From Octopus vulgaris (lineage: Eukaryota), in assembly GCA_951406725.2 (NCBI GenBank), contig OX597822.1, forward strand, positions 15,748,001 to 15,812,000: a DNA stretch of 64,000 nt. The letters run 5' to 3'. This document shows, in pieces, positions 12,748 through 26,522 of the stretch. The position numbers were made by a program, and so were the translations under genes. The notes beneath the pieces are model-generated. The model saw nothing but the letters and a program-made list of their open reading frames with translations. It was not told the DNA's origin and ran no database searches. Each line of letters starts with the position of its first letter. The stretch's first letter is position 1.

Positions 12748-12821
12748 GCAAATATTCTATGCAAATATTCTTTTAAAAATCTTTCCATTTAATTTTTCCA
12801 AAATTTAATTCATTTCTATAC

Positions 12822-12863
12822 TTTCAGTTGAAAAAGACTCAATGCCCGAAACCGGTACTGAAA
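12822..12863 (+). ncRNA. Decayed hammerhead motif
   Basis: TTTCAG-TTGAAAA-...-GAAACCGGTA-CTGAAA: perfect 6-bp stem I and palindromic ACCGGT, but two substitutions in CUGANGA and a poor stem II. Confidence 0.5.
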
Positions 12864-13064
12864 TGTTTTTTATAAAATTATTTTAGTATTTTCTAACTTG
12901 ACTTTTTCCCATATGTATGTATTTATGTATGTACGTATGTATGTATGTATGTATGTATGTATGTATGTATGTATGTATGTATGTATGTATGTATGTATGT
13001 ATGTATGTATGTATGTATGTGTGTATGTATGTATGTATGCATGCATGCATGCATGAATGTATGT

Positions 13065-13615
13065 CAGGTCACATTCGAGTGCTACATGTAATCCAGTACA
13101 ACCTGTTGTATGGTCGGGTCGTCGGTGACTAAACCGGCAAACCCACCAAGCTTGCTTGGTGAGGAGGGTGTTTATTGGACACCCTGCGGGATGAAAAACA
13201 AAACCCGTTAAAGGGCGGAGGAACTCTTGAGAGTCAACGGTCAGCCAATAAATGTCTTAAGGCTGTATCATGTGCGGGGACATAGAGATAATCGGACTGA
13301 ATACCCGATCGCGCGGTTAAACCATTGGGAGTGAAGGATTCCTACCCTTTGTTAGGGTACCCTTCTAGAAGAAGGTAACTCAGGTAACTGCATTAACTCC
13401 TACATAAAACCTGCGGCTCAGTGGTTACCGATGATGTTGACTTATTCTTCTTTTCGGATTATGGTTGCTGTTGCTTAGTGAGTAGGATTGACTCAGTGCA
13501 CAGCCTTTCCTCACTTAAAAAAAAATCTTCTTGCACAGGCATTACACGATAACAACATTGATTAAGCTTCGTGCAATGGCCATACTCGATAACGAGGGGG
13601 CAACCACCACCACCA
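13065..13615 (+). mobile_element. Non-autonomous RTE-derived (bipartite) retroposon, copy 1
   Basis: Highly similar to 29161-29668. Contains TCTAGAAGAAGGTAACTC, like RTE 5' UTR motifs, and a shared end GCAATGGCCATACTCGATAACGAGGGGGC. No ORF. The RTE origin is inferred. Confidence 0.6.
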
Positions 13616-14411
13616 TGTATGTATGTATGCATGTATGTATGTATTTATTTTTCATTTATTTTTCGTTGTGCTCCAGATTTGTGCACAATAGACACCCGGA
13701 TGCTGCAGTTAAAATTTGAAAATAATTATGAATTAATTACAAGCATCTCCTTTGTATAGTATTTCGATCACAGTGTTGATACTGCAGTTCACATCGCCAT
13801 AAAATATTGTCGGAGAATAAGATATGTGGGAATTTTAATACGCCTTCAAATCTATAGTTGGATGTTAATATACTGAAAGTCGAATACACTGCATGCCTGA
13901 TGGGGGTAGTAATGTGTTTCAATATTGGTGGGTGGTAGACAGAATCGCAACACATTTTGTTTGGTTTTCCAGATTTTCTGCAGATGTTGCTGGTTTCGGG
14001 ATTTTCTTTTCTTTTTCATGCATTAAAAAAATGGTCAGCTTTTATGTTGGTGTTATTTCTGATATATCAAACGCTTCATAAACTGGCGATGCATTTTAAT
14101 GGTATACAACATTTGTTCTATTTTCTGTAGGAATTTTTTTTTGTGTGTGTTTCTGCTACATATACGTCCATCCTAAAGGTGGCTGTTCTGGAGGTCATAT
14201 CGAGTTGAATCAGGCCTTGGCCTCTGCAAGCTCTAGGTAGATCCAGCAAGTCGACATCTTTCATGTGATGCGTCATTTGTATGGTTAGCATCTTAGTATA
14301 GGCCTGGTGTCAAAGAGACTACGCTACCTATGAGAAAGGTTAACAGAACAAAGAGTTATATCAAAGTTTGAGTCTATATTAGGAATTAACATAAAGGAAG
14401 TTACTAATTAT

Positions 14412-14815
14412 AGGCGCAAGCGTGGATCTCTAGTGACAAACTTGACTCTCAACTACATAGTTCCGTATTCAGTCCCACAGCGTGGCACGTTGGGCAAGTG
14501 CCGAATAAAGCTTTGCGAGTGGATTTGGTGGATGGAAACTGAAAGAAGCCCGTCGGATATATATGTCAGTATATCTATACATCTATATATATATGTGTGT
14601 GTGAGTATGCGTGTTTTTTTTCTTTGTTTATCCTGCATCACGGGTTGACAACCACCTTTGGTGTGTTTATATCCCTGCAACACAGCAGTTCGGCAAAAGA
14701 AAACGATAGTGTACGTATACCAGACTTTAAAATACTAATGAGGTGGATTCATTTCACTAAAAGATCTTCAAGGCAGCGTGGCCTCTGTCAACTGACTGAA
14801 ACAAGTAAAATAAAG
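14412..14815 (+). mobile_element. Degenerate SINE family A copy
   Basis: TTCAGTCCCACAGCGTGGCACGTTGGGCAAGTG...GAGTGGATTTGGTGGATGGAAACTGAAAGAAGCCCGTCG...GACTGAAACAAGTAAAA. Confidence 0.85.
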
Positions 14816-15529
14816 AAGATAATCTCTAGAATTAAAGTATAAAAGAAAACCTGGAACTGTGAAGAATCTCCTCAAACTTCGATTCATGATGTTAATCGAG
14901 TGAATGCTTTTACGCGAGGAACACCAGATTCATTAATTTGTATTAATGTGCAACTTAAGAGGAGTCCTTTAGGAAATGTGCTCGCGCTAATGTTTATGTA
15001 GTGCGCAGCTGACAATATACTTGATTGCTCTTTTATTTCTATGCAGTTGCTAATGAATGAAATACGTTCAGCATCTAGATTTAGATGGAACAGAGTGTGA
15101 AGTATTCACACAATTGACGAAACATTTAGCTCACCAATTTATAATTGATAATTTAGGAAATTGTTTTTCTGGCTTCACAATGCAGCCATGATTGAAATTG
15201 TTTCCGGTATTCAGTTACTGGCCGAAATCCTATCGGTTTTTCTTGTGTAAAATATAATTTTGTGCAATCGTTGTGTTCCGCCATAAAATTTAGCATTCAA
15301 TAAACTATATCTCGCTATAGATTTGAAAGACACACTCACTCGCACCATTCTGACCTCTAAAGACCTATCCCCCGAATCATTGTTGCTTGAAGGAGAGACA
15401 AAAAAGTTATTTTCAGTTCCACATTACTCTTCTTTTCCCCCACCGAAACACACCTACACTGTCGCTTGAAATAAAAAATAGTCTTTTACGATAACATGGT
15501 GAACCAGGTCAGTTTAAGCTACCTCTACT

Positions 15530-15922
15530 AAAATGTAAACTTTTTTGAACTTATAATATTCTGTGTTTGTGTATATATACAGATACAATACCAATATTCC
15601 AATGAACTTTTTAATAAATCTCTCTGGAAACTATATTTAACATTTTCTTGAGAATGTATATACATGTAATCTTTTGTGCCCAATATTTTAATGAACTTGT
15701 TAAACTTTTTATATTTTCCCAAAATTTCCCCTTGTAAACTGTTCTTAACATGTTCTCGTTATCAAAGAATGTATATATATATTGTAGTATTTTGTGACAA
15801 CCAGTAACTAAGACAACCAAGCTTTTACATGTTACTTTTGACAATATTTTTCTAAAAAAGTGAAACCGGTAAAGTAAATAAACATCTTTTAAAATTGCAT
15901 TTTCAAACCTTCTTTCATATAT
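15530..15922 (+). mobile_element. Solo PLE terminal (pLTR-like) segment with HHR-like motif at 15832-15877
   Basis: Homologous to 32211-32565, the 3' end of the GIY-YIG element. Motif: TTACTT-TTGACAA-...-GAAACCGGTA-AAGTAA. Confidence 0.7.
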
Positions 15923-15956
15923 AATTCCACTCATGCCGTACCTTGCAGCTCCACTT

Positions 15957-16025
<69 letters not shown>

Positions 16026-16139
16026 TTATATACATACATACATACATACATACATACATACATACATACATACATACATACATACATACATACATACATA
16101 CATACATACATAAAGCAAATAAGCAACAAGTATATCAAG

Positions 16140-17305
16140 GTATCAATGCATTAGAAAAAGATTTCCCTTTTGCATAGGGAAAAGATCTAGATAAAATTTT
16201 CCATTCTAAAGAAAAAAGTTGTTAGAGTCCTTAATGTTTCAGATTAGTGTACTAAATCCTGTGGAGTTACGCTTTCGATTGTATTTGAAGGTAGAGAAAC
16301 GTTTAGCCAGTATGGATTTAAAAAATGTGGAAGAAAGGCCTATATTAGAAATAATTCCTTGTTACCAGATGTAATTTTGCATCGGTATTTACCATTTTTG
16401 ATGCGGCAGTTTCCATTTAGGACACAGGTTTCATTAGGGCCACAATTGCAAATGCTGGTTACATTGATGTTATCATTTAAGAGAGGTTATCGTTAATATT
16501 ATTCTTAGTGTTAATAAGATTACTATAATTATTAGGAGAGAAACTCTAATCTCTTAGGATACGGCTGTTATGTGAAGATATAATTTGAGATACAATTTGT
16601 GAAGATATAAGTTATGAGTTAGAGAAACCTGCTCTAATATGGTATATGTTGAAAATCGAGTGGTCTCTTGAATTAATCGGGAAGTTTCTTTCTAAGGCTT
16701 AACGAAATAATAGGGGAAGGATACTTGTTACTTGTTTACCGTATGGAATAATCAACCAAATATTTTTTATTAGAATTGTGTAATCCTTTGCGAGATTTAT
16801 AACTAAAAACCTAGTGTTATTATTGTAGCTTAAAAAGGAAGAGGAAGCATGATTACTTCCCTTCGACTAATTATTTTAGGAATATGAAGGTAAAGCGAAT
16901 GGTTATTTAGATGAAATTGAGTATTATTTGGAATATTGATCAAGATAAGTACTGTTGTTTTTATCGTGTCACTTACTGTTATTATTGTTATTGGTATATT
17001 GGGTCCATGGTGGTTATCATATTTAATCTGTTCCTCATATTCTGCTTTATATAAAGCTGAGTTATAAAAGTCTATTGAAAACGGTTGCGTTGGTGGATAC
17101 TTTAGTAATTCTGTGTGATATGTTTTTAACTAAGTTTATTGTTATAATGTTATGGTGATTACTAAAGACACCGATGTATTTCAGGTTAGTAGAAGGTTTA
17201 TGGTATGGGAAACAGAAGGCCGTACTTAAGTTTAGAGTAATATCGTGGAAGTTAATATATATTCCGAACAAATCCCAAACTTGAGCGGAGTCAGATCTTC
17301 CCATT
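16140..17305 (-). pseudogene. Decayed, internally deleted Penelope-like RT/GIY-YIG coding region
   Basis: MGRSDSAQVWDLFGIY joins directly to INFHDITLNL...PYHKP...SNHH (PLE RT motifs with the YxDD core missing). Further on, GLSSTFFKS...STFKYNRKRNSTGFS...[10 protein letters not shown] resembles the GIY-YIG domain. Confidence 0.7.
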
Positions 17306-17402
17306 GGGATATCGAAGCAACCAAGTCGATCCTTACAAATCCATAGTTAATTTCTTTCTCTCTTGCTACCTTTATCTATATAATTTGCCCATTACTCTCT
17401 AC

Positions 17403-17457
<55 letters not shown>

Positions 17458-17724
17458 TTTCTATACCTTTTCTTCTTCTCTCACCCAAAGAAGTATATCT
17501 CCTTAACGAAATTTTTAAATTTTTAGCGTCACCTCAATACTTGGCTTTCTATATATGTATAAGTGCATATATCTGGTTTGACTCTTCTATATATGTATGC
17601 TATGTTCGTATACAAACGTTTATATGTGCTTAAGTAAATGTCTATATGTGTATGTATGTATGTGTGAATGTGTACATGCTTGCATACATTCATGTTCACG
17701 TTGTTTAAATATAAATATGGATAG

Positions 17725-17758
<34 letters not shown>

Positions 17759-18057
17759 GTATATATATGTGTGTGTGTGTATGTATGCGTATGTATATAT
17801 ATATATAAATATTTGTGTATATATATATATATACATGTATGTATGTGTGTATGTATACATGTATGTGTATATATATATGTGTGTGTGTGTGTGTGTACGT
17901 ATATATATATATATATGTATGTATATATGTATATATATGTATGCATGTTACTTATATGCGTGTGTGTACGTGTGCGTGCATATGCACATGAATATGTCTT
18001 ATTTTCTAGGGCTTCCTCTTTCTGTAAAAATGTCAATTTTATGAGTGTTGTTGTCTA

Positions 18058-18149
18058 TATCTTTCCTGGTGAGATTGATGCATATCTGAGCATACTTCTT
18101 CCTGTCCGACATATTTTGAATTCATCCATCGAAACATATGTAGAAGATA
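18058..18149 (+). ncRNA. Hammerhead motif with one core substitution
   Basis: TATCTTTC-CTGGTGA-GATTGATG...CATCCATC-GAAAC-ATAT-GTA-GAAGATA: 7 of 8 stem II pairs, palindromic stem III ACATATGT, stem I with one bulge. Confidence 0.7.
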
Positions 18150-18342
18150 CGAAGATATAAATGTTTTAATAACATCCTGAATGTTTATCTCCTTTAACTT
18201 TTCCTATATTCTCCTAAATACGGAATCAAACCATGCACATGTGTCATAGTTGGTAAAGAAAACTTAAGCAACATTTTAGCTACCTAGTAATTATTTATCT
18301 GGATATTTCCTATAAATTGCACACTCATACACACACACATAT

Positions 18343-18650
18343 AGATGCTGGAGTGGTTGTGTGGTAAATAGCTTGCTTACCAGCCACATGTTTCCAGGTT
18401 CAGTCCCACTGCGTGGCACCTTGGGCAAGCGTTTATACTGTCACCTCAGGCCGACCAAAGACTTGTGAGTGGTTTTGGTAGACGGAAACTGGAAGACGTC
18501 CGTCGTATATAAATATATATGTATATGTATGTATGTATGTGTGTATATGTTTGTGTGTCTGTGTTTGTCTCCCCGACATCGCTTGAAAACCGATGGTGGT
18601 GCACTTTCATCCCCGTAACTTAGCGGTTCGGTAAAAGAGCCCGATAGAAT

Positions 18651-18657
<7 letters not shown>
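18343..18657 (+). mobile_element. SINE family A copy, 3'-truncated at (AT)n
   Basis: GGAGTGGTTGTGTGGTAAATAGCTTGC...GGTTCAGTCCCACTGCGTGGCACCTTGGGCAAG...CCGATAGAATAAGTACT. Confidence 0.9.
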
Positions 18658-18727
<70 letters not shown>

Positions 18728-20869
18728 ATGTGTGTGTGTTGTGTGTGTGTGCTGTGTGTGTAAGTCTGTGTGAAAGATTTATTACCAATGTAACTGTTTA
18801 CATAGAAGTATGTGTTAGACCGACACTTGGAATGAAAGTAAAGTTTGCCGAGAACTTTTCTTTGTGTCTGATATTAAATTGAGCTCCATCAACTAATTTG
18901 ACATTATTTATGAGAAAGTCCTTTACCCATCATATTCGAGAAATATCAATGTCATGTTACTTGAATCTCATTCTGGCGGGACGCTACAATCAGTGGCAAG
19001 TCACCTGTTTGGTGTATATTTATGATGTTTGTATATCCAGTTGCAATCACATGGTACTGGTCACACTGTACGGTGATGCAGATTCGATCTCGGAACTCTA
19101 TGCACCAGGAGCGAACACCTCATTCAAATATCCATAGTGGTGCTGGTTGGTATTTTTTGTTTACTTTTCGTTTGATTTTGTTTTAATATTCATTATCATG
19201 ATTCCTCCCATAGATAAATATTCTATCGTTGATCATAATATATTTAATTGAAATTACAGTCAGATGCCTTTCTGTCTGTATTCTTATCATGGAATTATGT
19301 ATAATGCACGTGCTGCAACATTAAACTGAAATATTATTGTTTTCGCTTCGAGCACTTAAAACCATCGGGGTACGATACCTCGAAAATTAATTTTAGTTCT
19401 AAATCAAAATTGATTACATTTTAATAGTATGATTTTATATTTCTTGACAACGTTGGTTATGAATTTTAGTTGTTTCGTATCAAGGACAATTCCCCATTCA
19501 TGTGTAATGCCACAAAGAACACTAATGGCGGTCAGAGTAATGATTGTGGGCGGCGGTGCAGTAATGATTCGATAACTGTGTCTAATGAGCAGAGGAAAGC
19601 TACATGTATCTCCCCTGTCGGAAACAAATGAAGCAACGTGAGCAGAATCGCATCGTCCGTTATCTGATCATCTGTTTATCTTACGCTAACATACGCCTGT
19701 CATTTTCAATGCAAAACGATATGATTTATTCTTAGGAACCGTAAAACTCTCTGTAATTACTATGTGTTGATAAACTGACACCACAGTGAACTGAGAATTA
19801 TAAAGAAAGTATAATGAATAGAAGAACTTGAAGTATTAAAGTATAAAGCGTAAAATCTCACCGTGTGATAAAATAATTGAAATTCTATAAGATATATACA
19901 TTAGTTATATAAACGTAGGTTAGCATTAGATGTTGTTAATAAGTGGACATAAGAGAGATTTAGATCCATATATCACTGCTGAGGCGTCTCAAATGTGTAA
20001 TGTTTATCACACCATAAAATACATAGGAGAAAATAAAGCTGTTATATACGCTGTCATTATATATACATTAAAACAATTTTAAATATAATTCGCTGAATAA
20101 CATTCTGTTGATATTTTCATATTCTCGAGTTGAGCAATCGAGTTCTGCCATACCAACCAAATGATTATTAGTTCTATCCCTCAAATTTCCGTCACCTTCG
20201 TAAAGGAAATCTAAAAATAACACATTCTTCGTATTTGTAGAGGAGTAATGATAGTGAGTAAATAATATGATTCTATGGAATACGTCTGCTGTAGAATATC
20301 ATGTTAGCTCGAGGTATCCTCTCAGACCTCTTTGCATTTGGAAGGGTGTTAGGAATATAAGAAAAAATGTGTAGTTCTGTCAAGGGATTTGTAATGAACG
20401 GACGTGACTTTGAAGGGATGAAATTTCATGCATAAAATAACTGAGAGTTATTTCGTGCAAATTCCGATTGTGTGCCAGCGACCATAAATTTAGTCTACGT
20501 CCTGGAGTGAAGGTATGTGTGGGTGTGTGCATGTAGCTCGTTGTAACTTGAAATATGTATGTGTGTATGTGTGTATTATTTGTTGAACAGTTTGGGATGA
20601 TCCTCTTAAGTGTTTGTTTTTTACTGGAAATGTCCAAGCACGGGTGTGCGATTGGTATATTTTATGTGTATGTACAGTGTACATGTGCAAGTTTATATAA
20701 TGTAATATGTTCATTGCAAGCGACTTGATTGTAGCGTTTTATAGACATAGTATGGGAGTGATATGAATGTGTCAATACTGAGGATGTGTGTGCATGTATG
20801 TGCGTGTTTGAGAGTGTGTGTGTGTGGGGGGGGTGAGTCATCAAATGTGGGGGAAATAATGTGCGTGTC

Positions 20870-21400
20870 AATGCAAAATGTCATGGTAAAGTCGATCAAG
20901 AACTAAAATTTGAAGAATGAAAATGATAGACTGCTTTCCGTCTATATTGAACAGGGAGAGGCGGTGTGTGCAGTGACCGGCTGAACAAATGAGGTGAGGT
21001 GATTTTACGAAGAGGGATCTACTTGAAGCTCCTGATCAAGCGATCAGTTAAGAGTGCATTGTTCTTCTTACTTCATAGGCGATTGTAAAGGGGGAATTTT
21101 CAGAAGTGAAAGGAGGAGTAAAATGCAGCCGAAGGAGATCCTTATATAGAAATGTTGGGGGTTATATCTGGGGAGGAAAGTAACCTTAACGAAGGAAGAA
21201 TATGCGTTCCAGTAGAGATGGAAGAAGAGATCTGATACAGTGCGAGATATCCCATACGGGCGAGTAATTCACTCAGAGCATGCGTGTGTTTAACCGATGA
21301 GAAGGCTGCAGTGTAGAATAAGCGGGAAGTGGTGATCTGAATGGAAAATTTGGAGTACACCTACAATAGTATGATGCCAGGATAGAATGGAAGTGTGGAA
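20870..21400 (-). pseudogene. Possible highly decayed PLE GIY-YIG C-terminal relic
   Basis: Fragmentary translations (LTDRL.., QPVTAH.., RRKA..) occur in the order expected for the end of a PLE endonuclease. Many stops and frameshifts. Confidence 0.35.
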
Positions 21401-22550
21401 GATTCATTGGATTGCGGTTGTGGCTGGGAACAGTGTGGTTAAAGGAGACGGTGGATATATTGTCAACACAGGCCTGAATGAGGGTCCCTTGACTTGAGGA
21501 TTATGTAGCCAAAACGGACTTATTATTGTATCATTTCATGGCTCTATGATCACCGAAAACAATTAAGGAACGCATAGTGCCATTTTTCACTAAATGTTTG
21601 AGTTACTCACATATTTGCAAGCAGACACATTGTAATTGTTGCGCCGATGAGAATTTAAAGACGGGAGTGTGTAATTGAATTGTAGTTTGCAAAAGATGAC
21701 AGGAATTTGAAGATCTGGTGTGTAGATCTAGACTCACTCTTGACCGATTACAATATCGAGAAAGACAAAAGTTGCCCCACCTCCCATCTCACCTCGTTAG
21801 AGTAAAGAAATACGAAATGCAGGGATTTCCTCGAGGATGTAAACCTTTTCTCGGTCTACGGATTGAATCCACACGCTTACGTTCATGAGCAAAACACTAC
21901 TGGCACTTGGCCGCACGCCTTCTTCCCAAATAGATTTACACAAAGAAATGGGAAACGTTTGATTTGTCAATCTCTCGGTTTTGCTTATTTACTGTCTATG
22001 CTTTTAAAAGACTAGTGATTACACTTTTTGCTGAATATATTATAGAAAAGAAACCAATCAATAGAAGATTTCAGATTTGGTTCACTATAGATTATCGTTT
22101 ACACTATGTAATTGTCATATTTCCATTTTATGATATTGATAAAAATATACCGCCCAAAGATTCTTATGATACAATCTTTGTCTAATATGTCGGATACATT
22201 GAATGTTTAGTTACACATGGTGTTATTCTGTTCAATTCCAATCATCATATGACTTGCAGTAATAAATTTTTACAAATAAAAATTCCTCCATCGGTTTTCC
22301 CCTCAGATAATTCCTTATACATAGAACAAAATCTACAGCAATCTTACAAATTGATATTTCATCGACTTGAGTAGATAATTTTTCTTGTGTTTGGGAGAAG
22401 ATCTTGGGGAAATGATCACCATGGCTCTTGACCATATTTAACTTTAACTCAAGAGCTATGAAGTGGTTGATGTATATATACATACACACACACATATATA
22501 TATGTGTGCTTGCGTATGTGTGTATGTATGTGTGTATGCATGGAAGTTTA

Positions 22551-23674
22551 TACAGGGTGCGTAAGATATTCGAGGACAGATTTATGTGTATAAAAAAAAA
22601 CAGATGTATAATAACAGATAACACTGTTATTTATCAAGAAATGCAATGAGGATAAAAATAGACCTTCTTTTCTATAATGTTATTCAATAAAGCCACCTTT
22701 AGCTTCCACAACTGTTTCTATATGAGCTCTAAATCATATACATGCTCGAATCAACAGTTCTGATTCATTTTCGACATTGCACTGACAATGGCAGCTTTCA
22801 GAGAATCTTTGGTGTGATGGGCGTGTTCATTGACTTCTCAACAACGCTGTACATGGATTGAGATCTGGGGAATTAGGAGGCCAAATGTTAGGGGCTATGT
22901 GATCATGAAAATGTTCAACCATCCATTCCTGTGTTACTAGAGCCATGTGTGATGGTGCAGAGTTATACCGACAAACACATGGCCTTCCATTGCATACACT
23001 GTCTATCCAGAGCTTAACAATATTTTCCAGGACCTCAATGAAGGCGTCAGAGTTAACTTTAAGGCCTTGTGGAAAGAAGGAGGCTTCACGTGTCCTTCAT
23101 TGCTGATAATCTCTAAAACTATGACAGTTGCAGGATATTTTGTATGCACAACACTTGGAAATTCAAAAGGGTCTGCACATAACCATCTGCCATTTCTTCT
23201 GTTAACTTTTTGATAAAGTTTTTCTTGTTTGAGAAGAACCAAATCAAATCTTCTCAGATTTCTCAGTTTGTTTTAGACCCATTTCGATCTGATGTAGTGA
23301 TTTTCGTATGCTTTTTCTGACAAGTTGACCTTTCCTCGTCATATGAGACTTATATCTGATGTATTCGTGGACAGCATTTCTGACTGTTCCTTCTGACATA
23401 TGAAGATCTTTCGAAATTGACCTCATGAACTTTATGGGATTGCAATCAATGGTCTGTTGAACTTACTGGATAAATTCAGATGTTCTGATTAGATTATTTC
23501 AGAGCATTTAGAATGCTTTTTACGCATTGATACTGCTGATAGTCTCTAACTGCTTACAAACCTTATAGACGAAATATCTGGCAAATTTTAAAAATCCAGG
23601 TATTTCTAAATCACTATGCCCAGTCTTTATAACCACAAAAACAACATGTCTCTTCATTTCTTGAGTAAGCTGAG

Positions 23675-23675
<1 letters not shown>
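22551..23675 (-). mobile_element. Tc1/mariner-superfamily (maT/DD37D-like) transposon relic
   Basis: MRSISKDLHMSEGTVRNAVHE (HTH), HTKYPATVIVLEIISNEGHVKPP and NIWPPNSPDLNP. TACAGGGTG terminus at ~22550. Confidence 0.85.
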
Positions 23676-23676
<1 letters not shown>

Positions 23677-23771
<95 letters not shown>

Positions 23772-23802
23772 ATATATAATATATATAATATATACATAAT
23801 AC

Positions 23803-23834
<32 letters not shown>

Positions 23835-23861
23835 CTTATATATATATATATATATATATAT

Positions 23862-23903
<42 letters not shown>
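23677..23903. repeat. Long imperfect (AT)n array
   Basis: Directly visible; lies between the transposon and the PLE 3' end. Confidence 0.95.
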
Positions 23904-23905
<2 letters not shown>

Positions 23906-23958
23906 AACTTAAAAAAGGAAAATACGCACACTTACATGGTTATAATATAATTTTTAAT

Positions 23959-23993
23959 ATATCGACCGGTTTCGCAATCGCTATTCATGATAT
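23959..23993 (-). ncRNA. Decayed minimal hammerhead in PLE 3' terminal region
   Basis: ATATC-ATGAATA-GCGATTGC-GAAACCGGTC-GATAT: stems I, II and palindromic III (ACCGGT) with a GUC site are retained, but CUGAAGA carries two substitutions. Same strand as the RT ORF. Confidence 0.6.
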
Positions 23994-24289
23994 AATGTTT
24001 AATTTATGTGAATATATATGTTTTCTTAAGAAGAAATTTGGTCCATGTTGTTTGTAATGAAATTCACGAGTGAATGACCTTACAAGTTGACAAGTAAAGG
24101 GAGGTAATTGGTTGTTATTATTGTTACTGTTGTGTGTAAGGGATATAACTGTTTAGGTTTTGGGTGGGGAATAAATATGTGTACAGAGAGGAGACAGGTT
24201 TAAAAAATGGGGAGCTTGTTTAGTAGGGGATTTATGTACAGTGATGTACTATGTAAAAATATAAAAGTTGGTTATGCGTGCATACTAAA

Positions 24290-26493
24290 ACGCGTTTTTT
24301 TTTTATTTTTCAATGAAAAATGTTTCTTTATTTAAAAGGGAAGATTGTAAAATTTGGTTTGATTTTACCTGCACATTTTTCTATGTGTTCACTAAGAGGA
24401 ATTTGTCTGTATTGCGGGAAACGGATTTGCTCCTTATGCAGAGTGATTTTCTTCCTCAAAGTTAAACTCGTTTGTCCAATGTACTGATGACTGCAACCCG
24501 AGCAGGTTATTACATAAATTAGGTTCTCAGAGGCACAGGTGAAACTAGTTTTAATTGTGAACCTCTGTCCTTGTTTGAAAAGGAAATCCGAGCCTTCAAG
24601 CAGCTTGGTGCAGGTTCCAAAGTTCGGGCGTCCACATTTTTCAACCGTTGGTTTCGTGGTTGTTTTGTAAAGCTTCGCATTTGTTAGTAGTCTCTTTAGC
24701 GATTTGTCTTGTTTTTTTGCATTTGATGAGTTTGTGTGTTTTCAGGATGTCGTTCATTTTTGGATCTCTAGTTAGTAAAGGGAGAGTTTGCACAATAGTG
24801 TTGAATGCCTCACTGTTTCTGGGGTTGTGTGTTGATATAAAAAGTAATGTTTTGGTTTGAGGTGTGGTGCTATTTTTTTTGTTCTTAGTGTTTTTGTGTC
24901 TAATTGTTTGGCACGTTTAATTCCCTCGTCGATAAGAGATGGTGGATATTGCCTTTCAATAAGTGTTGTTTTGAGGTCTTGAAGATGAAGGTCCCGAGTT
25001 GTTCTATCAGACACTATTGTGCAGATCCTTTTTGCTAAGTTAAAAGGGATGTTTATTTTTATGTGTTTCGGGTGGCATGAGTTAAAAAGAAGATATTGTT
25101 TTTGCGTCAGTTGGTTTATAATAAATGTCAGTTATGATTTCATTGTTAACTTTTTTATCATGATGTCTAAAAATGGAAGTTGTTCTTTATTATATTCCAT
25201 TGTGAATTGAATGTTACTATTTCTGTCATTTAGTGTTGTTTTGAAATCCAAAAGTTTGTCGATGTTCTCCTTCCAGATGATAAAACAGTCATCCATGTAT
25301 CGCTTCCAATTTTCTCTTATGTAGAGGTAAAATGGGTAACCATATTTCTGAAGCGATACTTCATATAAGGTGAATCCAAAATAGCCCATTATTAGATTTG
25401 CAAGTACAAGAGCTGCTTTCGTCCCCATCGCAATTCCGCATTTCTGACGATAGTATGTGTCCTCAAACTGGAAATAATTGTTCTGAAGTATAAATTTTAA
25501 GGATTCAATAATAAAGGTCTGGTTTATGCGTTCCGGGAGGACTTGGGGGTACTTTTCCAACCAGAATTTAATTGCTTTCATTCCATAGTCAAGGGGGAAG
25601 ATGGTGTAAAGATTGATAACATCGAGGGTGACCAATACTGCTCCTTCATTAATCGTTTTTGGTAGGTGTTCTAACATGTCTAAATCATCCCTAATGAAGC
25701 TTTTGATGTATTTCAGCAAGGGTTTCAGTAGGATGTCTAGAAAATTGCTCAGTCGGTGGGTTTCACAGGGTGGTCCAGCTATAATGGGTCTTAAAGTCAA
25801 GTCTTCTGGCGTTTGGATGTTTATATATTTGCCTGGTGATTGTTTGCAGGCTTCATTGATTATCTTGCTCTTGTGTATTTTAGGGAGGCCATAAAAAAGA
25901 CTGGGTTTACATTTGAAATTCGTGATGTTGTCTGTTTCTTTTTCTGTCAGGCCTTTTCCATGTAGATTTTTCATGTTGTTTTGTTGTTTATAGTTTATAA
26001 TTTTTTCGTAGAAGGCCTCGTTTTCTAATATGGAAAGTACTAGTTTTTTATAGTGTTCTGTGTCCATCAGAACTACAGCACTTCCTTTGTCAGCTTCTTT
26101 AATTGTCAGGTCTGTGACGTTTTTTAGTTCAGTCAGATTTTTCCATTTTAGATTGTTGAGGTTAGGATTAATTTTTCGTTTAATGGATGCGTAGGGGAAA
26201 TTTTGGATATGGTTGCAGTAGTCATCCAGTGTTTTATTCCTACCCTTATGTGGAAGGTAATTACTTCTGTTTTTAACTAGTGATTCATCTTCGTTGTCGT
26301 AGTCAGTTAGTGCTTCTGCGAGTCGTAGTTTCCTGCAGAATTCCGAAATATTGTCTTTAATTTCATTATGGTTAGCTCTTTGTGCGATTGGGGTGAACTT
26401 TAAGCCTTTGGCTAGTATATTGATTTTTGTTATGGATAGAGTTTTCTTTGATAAGTTAATGACTTTGGGTTTCTCCTGTACGTTTTGTTCCAA
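24290..26493 (-). pseudogene. Penelope-like retroelement RT plus GIY-YIG endonuclease (frameshifted)
   Basis: 453-aa ORF 25132-26493 with IKEADKGSAVV, FYGLPKIHK, LRPII, LDVINLYT, GIAMGT, RYMDD and LPFLD. It continues via frameshifts to ENLIYVITCSGCSHQYIGQT (GIY-YIG). Confidence 0.95.
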
Positions 26494-26522
26494 CGTGTGT
26501 ATGAGTCTATATATATATAGGT

